From: the human T2T-CHM13v2.0 reference genome, Homo sapiens | Strand: one strand, 5' to 3' | Assembly (NCBI RefSeq): GCF_009914755.1 | Contig: NC_060929.1 | DNA: 64,000 bases | Shown here: positions 34,720 through 64,000 of the stretch, piece by piece | Layout of the letters: each line of letters opens with the position of its first letter | How positions within the stretch are numbered: position 1 is the first letter of the stretch | Made by a program: the position numbers and the translations under genes | The notes under the pieces: model-generated | What the model was told of the DNA's origin: nothing | Database searches by the model: none | The model's input: the letters and a program-made list of their open reading frames with translations, nothing else

Positions 34720-36516
34720 GGAGAAAGCTGCCATATAAAGAGTTATCTTAGGGGGACCAGGGCAAGATCTGAGGGATCAGTTAGTTGGCTATGCCCCTTG
34801 TCTGGGCAAGACACTGCAGTGGCTTGGGTGGGGGTGGTGGCAGGGGTGGTGGGGTGAAGAGCCTAGGTCTATTCTGAAGACAGGGTATCTATGAGGGGTC
34901 TCTGTTTCTACTCTTCCAGAGCACACCACCACCTGCAGCTGTCTCCTGCCTCCAGTGCATCAGAGTCTGGAGCGCGTTGCTTCTCTGGAGGGAGATAAAG
35001 ACACAGTGGCTACCTGGGGAGATAAAACAGCACCAGCAGGAATCAGGGGTTCCAGAGAGGAGGGAACCTGGCCCTGGGCTATGTGTGTATCAGTTGTGAT
35101 ATGCATAATCATCTTTGGTCTTATTTTTTCCAAGTGACTGGAAAAGTTCATTTCTAGCTTACTTACCTCTGTTCCTTCCTTAAACTCCTCTAGCCTGGCT
35201 TTTGTCTCTGCCATTTCTACTAAAACCACTCTGCTCAAGGCTGTCATCAGTGTCTCCACTGCCCAGCCCTGGACTGTCAGAGCCACTCCGGGACATCTGC
35301 ACCAGATGCATGAGTTTCCTGATACAGCGAAATCTCAGCAGGAGTTGACACCCACCTGCCTGGTGCTCTGGGATGAATTTCTGCACAGATGCAACCTCTG
35401 TGGGTGGAAGCCAGGATGAAGTATATGCATCTGTGAAGACTGGCCTTCCATCTGTTTTCTGATGCAACCAAAATGCTTCAGGGCTCGTCTTATCTGGAGG
35501 TTTGATGGCTACAGACGTGAGGGGCTTCCAGGTAGAGCTCAGACCTGAGACTTCTGGTCCCCTGTCTGGACATCTGTATGAAGACGGAGAAGCACCAGCC
35601 AACCTCTCCACAACCCTCACCAAGTTCTCATGGAACATCCTCTGATGGTCCCTCTCGGTGCTGGGTTCTGGCAGGAGAAAGAGAAGTCAGGGAACAGAAG
35701 AGCTGCTCTGCCAAAGTCATACCCTTCTTGGAGACACAGGGAACTCCATCTCTCATTCTCACTAGCAATTTGCTGTGGCAACTCAAATGTTTTTCCAGAT
35801 GGAACATAAGCAGACGTGATGTGTTTGCCTTCCAGGTCTAACCCATGCAAAGCCTCCTGGGAACACACCTCACGCTATTTTCTATTCCATCAGGTGGATA
35901 TGGATGATGATTAGGAACTAGGGTGAGGTGGAGCCAGAAAACACAAGGAGCCTGGATCCCTGAATGACCACATGGACATACACATGCTGAAGACTGCCTT
36001 GTAAGCAGGAAATAAACATCTACTGTATTGAACCTTTGCATGTAGGGACTATTTTTTATAGCAGCATAGCTTTACTCTGACTAATACAATCCTTGCACTC
36101 AAGAGTTTACGGTCGTTTTAAGGAGACAAGACTCAGTCACACAATTCTGCAACAATAGTAGGTGGCTCAGAAGAAGAAGGGGCTGTAGGGTTTAGACTTC
36201 CAGTTCTGAAGTCACAGGCTGCAGGCCCCTGGGTATGTGACTTTCCTATCTAATCCCTTTTCTGGAAAAATGGAGAAGAGTCAGATTGGGGGGAAGACTC
36301 TGTCAAAGGTTCATCAGTAGGGCTTGAAGCAAGTCTAGATGAGACCAATGATGTCAATTCTTAGAAAGGACAAAAGAAAATCGCCTCTAAATCCCTAAGA
36401 ACTTTGGCTGCTACAGGGAGGGGATGGAGGCCAGAGTTTCCTAACTTCTCTCCTGGGACTCCCCAAACCTCAGAAGTTTCCTGGGGAGGAGCCCTGAACC
36501 TAGGTGTATGGGGATT

Positions 36517-36857
36517 TCATTATTCTAAGTGAAGTAACTCAGGGATGAAAAACCAAATGTATATTCTCACATATAAGTGGGAGCTCAGCTATGAGCATGC
36601 GAAGGCATAAGAATGATACAGTGGACTTTGGGGACTCAGGGGGAAGGGTGGGAAGTGGGCGAGGGATAAAAGACTGCACATTGGGTACAGTGTACACTGC
36701 TCGGGTGATGGGTGCCCCAAAATCTCAGTAATCACCACTGGAGAACTTACCTATGCACCCAAACACCACCTGTTCCCCCAAAACCTATAGAAATAAAAAT
36801 AAATACATAAAAATAAAGATGTAAAAAACATTAAAAAACTATGAATTAAAAAAAAAG
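36517..36857 (+). mobile_element. L1PB/L1MA-like 3' end
   Basis: CATTATTCTAAGTGAAGTAACTCAG...GGGTACAGTGTACACTGCTCGGGTGATGGGTG...A-rich tail. Confidence 0.8.
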
Positions 36858-37139
36858 AAAGTTGGATCACCAGCTCTCTTAAAAATAGTAAGACCAGGTC
36901 TTGGAGGGCTGCATTCCAAGCAAGGGTGACGGTGGACACCTCCCTTCTATAATTCTCAGTTCCTGCCTGGCCGACTTCACTCATTAGGGCACTTACTTGG
37001 CTCTTGTAGACAGTTGAGTTTGAGATGTTTGGTGTAGAGAATGTTACCCCACAGTTGCCAGGAAGCAAATACAAATTTTGGTATCCAAGGGAGGTCCTGG
37101 AACCAGTCCACCCATGTAGTCAACCAAGGGATGACTGCA

Positions 37140-41400
<4,261 letters not shown>

Positions 41401-41533
41401 TTGGGGATCCTTAAAGGTCAGAATGTGGAAGACCTTCTTCCTGTGTAGCACCAACTCTGCACTAGCTGTCTTTGTTTTGTTTATTACAGACGGTTCATTC
41501 AATGTTTTTTTGTTTGTTTGTTTGTTTTTTTGA

Positions 41534-41866
<333 letters not shown>

Positions 41867-42682
41867 TAACCTGGCTACTGATCCTTCTGCCCTCAGCAAA
41901 GAAGAGGTTGGCTGTTGCATTCACAAACTTTCAATAAATATCCAATAGCCCACATCTGACTCTTGCCCTCTATTAGATATTGTGTTTCTAAGTCCAAGAC
42001 CTCTCTGGTGCTCTAAAGTGAAGATTCATCCTTCCTTGGCTGTAGCCTCTTTACATGTATGTGGCTTTCTCTGCCCGGCTCATCAGTCATCACTCTTACA
42101 TTCTCTGTAGGTCTCCCTAATCTTCATTCAAATCTACTATCCTTCCCCTTTTTTCATAGCCATGAATTTATAACTTTCTCTATTCATTTACTATTATTTT
42201 TAATGGGATCTCAAGGAGAGGGATAAGTAAATATACTAAATCTTGAATTGGAAGATAGCACATACCATTTCAATAGGAATTTTTTGGCAGGGGTGGGAGT
42301 ATCAGGAGGGAATAATGGTGTAGACTTTATTACCAGATTTACTGTCACTTTTCTTTTTTCTTTTAAGACAGGGTCTTGCTCTGTCACCGAGGCTGGAGTA
42401 CAGTGTTGTGATCATGGATCACTATAGCCTTGACCTCCTAGGCTCAAGCAATCCTCCTGCCTCAGCCTTCTGTGTAGCTGGGACCACAGGCATGCATCAC
42501 TATGCCTGGCTAAATATTTTATTTTTATTTTTGTAGAGACAGGGTCTCACTTTGTTGCCCAGGCTGGCCTTAAACTCCTGGGCTCAAACTGTCCTACTGC
42601 CTCGGCCTCCGAAAATGCTGGGATTACAGGTGTGAGCCATGGCACCTGGTATCACTTTTCTTTATAGTTAAAACTTCCCCTA

Positions 42683-42799
<117 letters not shown>

Positions 42800-43248
42800 T
42801 CAATTAGAATTATGGAGAATTTAGCGGAAGAAGGGATAGGATCTGAAGGTGATAGAAGGAAGAAGCCTCTTCTTATCCTCCATTATCCTCCATGCTCTTG
42901 CTCATCTTCTGGTATCATACCATGTCAATCTGAGAGTAGTGGAACTTCACTGTTTTTTGCTATCCAGTATCCACTCCCCTTTTGGAAAGCTTCAGTACTA
43001 TAATTTTGTCTGAAGAAACCAACTCTTCACTACTCTTAACCAACTAGTTTTACCTACCAGAACCCCAAAATGAAGCATGTGGCTTTTTTAGCCAATCGTG
43101 CTGTTCTAAGCCTCAATTCATGGTGATTGGCTCAAAGATATGGTCATGTCTCTCATTAGGCCAATTAAATTCTGCAAGACTCAATTTCAGAACTCTTGGG
43201 TGACTACAAAGGAAAGACACTCTCTCCCACTGGAAGTGTCATAAAAGC

Positions 43249-43369
43249 CTGAGGCTGAGAGGCTACCACATGCAGCCCCAAAACAGAACTGAGGCTGAGA
43301 GGCTACCACATGCGGCCCCAAAACAGAACTGAGGCTGAGAGGCTACCTCAGGCGGCCCCAAAACAGAAC
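43249..43369. repeat. 40-bp tandem repeat, 3 copies
   Basis: CTGAGGCTGAGAGGCTACCACATGC(A/G)GCCCCAAAACAGAA x3, near-identical. Confidence 0.95.
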
Positions 43370-43648
43370 CAAAGTAGAGCTGCAGAATGAACCCTGGTAA
43401 CCATTTTTGTATGCTGAATCAAGTCACATCTCACTCCTCGGTTTCTACGTTTCTAGTAACACAAGCCATTAAATTCTCTTTTAGCAGTAGTTAAGGTCTG
43501 TTTGGACTGGGTTTCCTATCATTTGCAATTCAAATAACACTAATATACTAAGTCACCCACTGTAACGGTTAGGTTAAAAAAGCCTGTCAAGAGAAAGCTA
43601 TGCCCTGAGTCCAAGATCCCTAGAAGATTCGCCAACAGCCAGAGGTTA

Positions 43649-44131
<483 letters not shown>

Positions 44132-45117
44132 TAGCCAGGATGGTCTCGATCTCCTGACCTTGTGATCTGCCCGTCTCAGCCTCCCAAAGTGCTGGGATTA
44201 CAGGCCCATGCCCAGCCGGGATTTCTATGGTATACAAAAATAAGAGGTTCTAGAATAGGTTGAAGATAGCAAAGTTTTCCAGGCATTTGCAATATTTCAT
44301 GATTAAAAAAAAAAAAAAGAGGATGGGTGCAGTGGCTCACGCCTGTAATCCCAGCACTTTGGGAGGCCAAGGCAGGCGAACTGCTTGAGGTCAGGAGTTC
44401 GAGAGCAGCCTGGCCAACATGGTGAAACCCCGTCTCCAATAAAAATATAAAAATTAGCCAGACGTGGTGGCACGCATCTGTAGTCCCAGCTACTTGAAGG
44501 CTGAGACATGAGAACTGCTTAAACCCAGAAGGTGGAGACTGCAGTGAACCGAGATGGCACCACTGCACTCCAGCCCAGGTGACAGAGCGAGACTCCAAAT
44601 CAAAACAGACAAAAAAGAGCTTTATCTAAAAAACTTTTAATGACATGGGAAAAAGCTCATATAAAGTTAAAAAATCAGAATTCAAAATTGTACATATAAC
44701 ATGATTTCATTTATGTTAAAATATAGCATAGACAGAAAAATACAAAAGGGTCAAGAGGTAGCCTAGGATGATTTTGGGGTGAGGGTAACTAGAGACTTAG
44801 GGATAGCTGTGATACTATATCAGATACTGAAATAGATAAGAAAGAAGTTTTAAATTCATTTTGTTGTTAGGAGAAGAATTCCATTTTATTTTTTGTGAGA
44901 ACAGTAAATATTAAGTTGCTTCTTCCCCCAAAAAATATGTATATAAAGACTGCGAGAGAATATGTGAAAAGTGATTTTCTATTATGTGGGTGGTAGAATT
45001 AGGGGTGATTTTTTCTCTATGTGCTCTTCTATATTTTTCAATTTTTCCATAATACATTACTTTTATAATTAGAATTAAACAATTTTAAAGTTTGATATGA
45101 GGGTTTAATAACAATAA

Positions 45118-45400
<283 letters not shown>

Positions 45401-45417
45401 TGAGATTACAGGTGTGA

Positions 45418-45609
<192 letters not shown>

Positions 45610-46044
45610 TAATTTTTGAATTTTTTATATAGGGGGTTGCACCATGTTGCCTAGGCTGGTCTCAAACTCCTGGGCTCAAGCAATCCACCTACCATGGCCT
45701 CCCAAAATGCTGGGGTTATAGGCGTGAGCCACCGCGCCCAGCACTGAATACTTAATTGATCCTCAACTAGTTCTTACAATAATCTTAGGAAATACATACT
45801 ATTATTATTCCTATTTTATAAACAAAGAAACTGAGATTTGGAGGGTAAGCATTTGTCATACAACAAATGGCAGAAGCTGGTTTCAAACACACGTGGCATA
45901 AACTTCAGAGCCATCCTCTCAGCCCCTACTCCCCATAAACATCAAAAATAATAAGTGTATATGTTAAAAATCCCAATTATTAAAGTATGTAAAATGCCTA
46001 TGTATAAAAAAGGCAACTGGGAAGGAAATACATCAAATTATTCA

Positions 46045-46197
<153 letters not shown>

Positions 46198-46754
46198 TTA
46201 ACCGGAAGTGGTGGTGGGCGCCTGTAACCCAGCTACGCGGGAGGCTGTGGCAGGAGAATCGCTTGAACCTGGGAGGCGGAGGTTGCAGTGAGTGAGCTGA
46301 GATCGTACTACTGTACTCCAGCCTGGGTGACAGGGTGAGACTCTGTCTCAAAAAAAAAGAATGAGCTAGTGGTCAGGCAGAGGCATAAAGAAGGAGAAGA
46401 CATACAACATATTAGAAGATGTAATAATTTTAAAAAAGAGAAAAAAAATCATTCTCCAAGGTCAAATCAGTGTGAATCCTTGGCTCCTGCCTACCTGGAT
46501 CACTGCTTGAATGAGGAGAGCATACCTTTTGACACTGAACTGTTTCAAGCTGGTTTTTCTTAATATGGGGGATGGGATGTACATAACTAAAAAACACTTC
46601 ATACTGTGGAACTTAGCCACAGTTATTTTCCCTGACACATCTAGTTTACTTCTCATAAATCAATGATGACCAATGGAAAGTGCATTCCCACTCATGTCTT
46701 AAAATTGAATTTCCTCCCCCAAAGTCAGCAAGTAATAATTTTGGAGGCCCTTAA

Positions 46755-46962
<208 letters not shown>

Positions 46963-47148
46963 TAGCTGGGATTACAGGTGCATGCCACCACATCCAGCTA
47001 GAAGATAAGAATTTACATAAGCCTACGATGAGCCTGACACCCTGACACTTTCATGTATGACCCTGTGAGGTATGTTATTACTTCCATTTTACAGATAGGA
47101 AAGCTAAGGCTCAAAAAGGTAAAGTACCCTGCTGGGCGCGGTGGCTCA

Positions 47149-47551
<403 letters not shown>

Positions 47552-47608
47552 TCACGCATGGACTCCAGTCACACTGACCTTCTCCTAGGCCTAGGGAAAG
47601 GACACCTA

Positions 47609-49007
<1,399 letters not shown>

Positions 49008-50229
49008 CTGTTGAAGGATTGTGTGAATAGAAGAGGTCAAGATGGGAGTATTAGCTTTATCTGAGACGATTTAAGTCTTAGCTTTTAAGGATAAGCATTA
49101 CTTTGCCATTTCACCTTACTGATAAGTTACACATCTTGTATAACATAAGCAATAATATTGCCAAAGCTGTCAATTTCTATACCTTCTTAAATTCTCCAAA
49201 TGCCACATAAGCATGACTAGGATCATAGTGGGATTTTTTTTTTTTTCTGGTCCAAGGAGGACAGGGGAGTAGTAGGAGATATTCCAACCTTAAGTCACAA
49301 AGTCAAAAGCAACCTTTGTTTGGAAGGTCAAATACACAGGATAACCTACAACAAAAGCTACATTTTAAGAAGTGAAGCAAATGTAAGAGAATCTATGTGC
49401 TAAGAACATGCTGAGTATTTTCACGTATCTTTAATTTTCACAATGACCTGATAAGGTAGGCATTATCAATCCATCATACAGATGAGGAAACTAGAGTTCA
49501 GAGGGGTTAGGTTATCTACCTTAAGATTATACAGCTAAGTAGCAGAGACAGACATTCAAACACAGATCTGTCTCCTTCTCTCCCTGTGAGGGCCTAGGAA
49601 TATACAACTTGATTCAATATGTAATCAACCGAGAAACAGATATGAAAGATAATATAACAAGGGTAATAAAACCAATAGTGTAAGTCTGAGCCCTAAGTAA
49701 GTAAATTAATGAAAACTTCCGATCTCCACTTCCATTCCTTGGCAAATTGATCAGGCTATTCACAAAGCCTAATGATACAGTACAGAGGTATTGTAATCAA
49801 CCTCTGTACCATGAGCCTGGAAAAATATTGCTCTACCTTCTGTCTTCTCACTTACTTGGATACTACTGCCACTGGTAGTTTAGGGCCCTGAGGCTAGCAA
49901 TACTATTGCTGCTATCACAGCTACCATGCTATTTCTCTTAATAGATGGTCACCATTGTCAACAGCACCAAAGCAGAATACAGAATTCTGAGTGGGTCAAG
50001 TGAGAAGCTGGCATCCTGGAATAGGGATTCCCTCATCCTGGAATAGGGATTGCTTGGTGAAACCTAATGCCTCATTCTTAGGAAGCAGCCATATAGTATC
50101 ACCACCTTTGGTGGCTTGGCTGTCAATGGCAAGAACTGAACATAAATAGCTGAAAGGCCATCAAAGGTCTGAACTCAACTCCTCTCCCACAGCCAACTGC
50201 TAAAATGCAACATCACCAGGTCTCTCCCA

Positions 50230-50567
<338 letters not shown>

Positions 50568-50978
50568 ACATTTGAAACCCATCACCGGCTAGGCACGGTG
50601 GATCACCTAGGGCCTAGGAATGTTTGCTTTTGTCCTTTTACCTGGAATGACTATCATCCCTTTGATTGTTTGGAGTTTCTTATCTTTCAAGACACAGCAC
50701 AGATACCATTACGTGTGAAATCCTTCCAGATCACTTCTCCCCGCTGGTTAAACTAACCCATTCCTCTATCATGTCTCCACTGAACCTATGCAAACCTCTC
50801 TCTCTATCCTCAAGAATTTAATGATATTGAAAATAGAAATGTATTTTTACTTCATTTTCCAATTGTCCATTGCTAATATAAATATACTTGATTTATGTAT
50901 ATTGATACTGTATCCTGCAACCTTGCTAAGTTCACATAATAGTTTGAGTAAACTTTTTTTGTCGATTCCTTGGGATTT

Positions 50979-57147
<6,169 letters not shown>

Positions 57148-57149
57148 TA

Positions 57150-63650
<6,501 letters not shown>

Positions 63651-64000
63651 GATTCCTCTCTGGTATCTGCCTGATTTCTCACCGGGCCCTCAGAGAGTAC
63701 TTTAACTGTGAGGCAGTTTCACAGATTGGAAGTAGAATCCAACTGCATTGCTCTTCAAATTTTGGAGAGAGTCAGTTGCTCCCCTCTTTGATGGTTCCAT
63801 AGCACACTGTATATACTAATATTACTTTAGCACATATCATGAGGCATTTTGCAGGGTACTTAATTATCTTCTCCCCCATTTGAGAATAACCTCTTTTTGT
63901 ATCCTGTATCCTTGGTAGCTATAAGGTACTTGGATCCAACACGATTAATAAATAAATTTAATCTAATAATATTTGTTAATTTATTCTCATTTCATTGTTC

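Noticed and set aside
34720-36500. Possible terminal exon of the pseudogene transcript / 152-aa ORF 35180..35638
   Set aside because: Contains L2- and MLT-like remnants; I cannot fix splice sites or coding potential from sequence alone.
43249-43369. CRISPR-like array
   Set aside because: Head-to-tail repeats without spacers, no cas genes, eukaryotic context.

Overview
Human/hominid genomic DNA recognisable as chr5q35.3. The + strand carries two intact secretory-pathway genes. TMED9 (p24 alpha family cargo receptor) has 5 coding exons over 8494-11694 and splices to 708 nt = 235 aa + stop. B4GALT7 (xylosylprotein beta-1,4-galactosyltransferase I) has 6 coding exons over 16491-25971 and splices to 984 nt = 327 aa + stop. 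Each starts in a CpG island. The - strand carries a partial, intron-containing copy of SIMC1 (three exons: 49007-47635, 43891-43659, 42782-42713) with two reading-frame lesions, i.e. an unprocessed pseudogene (LOC202181/SIMC1P1-type). The rest is mostly repeats: more than 35 Alus, old L1M blocks, a full-length but inactive L1PA with a target-site duplication (TSD), solo LTRs (MST, LTR22-like, THE1), MER1B-like, L2 and MIR. I found no convincing new multi-gene system. The best leads are (i) a 126-codon out-of-frame ORF overlapping the B4GALT7 start, (ii) a unique-sequence ~230-bp duplication of the TMED9 3' UTR, (iii) the long open frame and circRNA-type architecture of the SIMC1 pseudogene exon, (iv) a candidate segmental-duplication junction near 34.7 kb, and (v) Golgi-stress-type promoter motifs. 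Repeat subfamily names and parent-gene comparisons come from memory, not from database searches.
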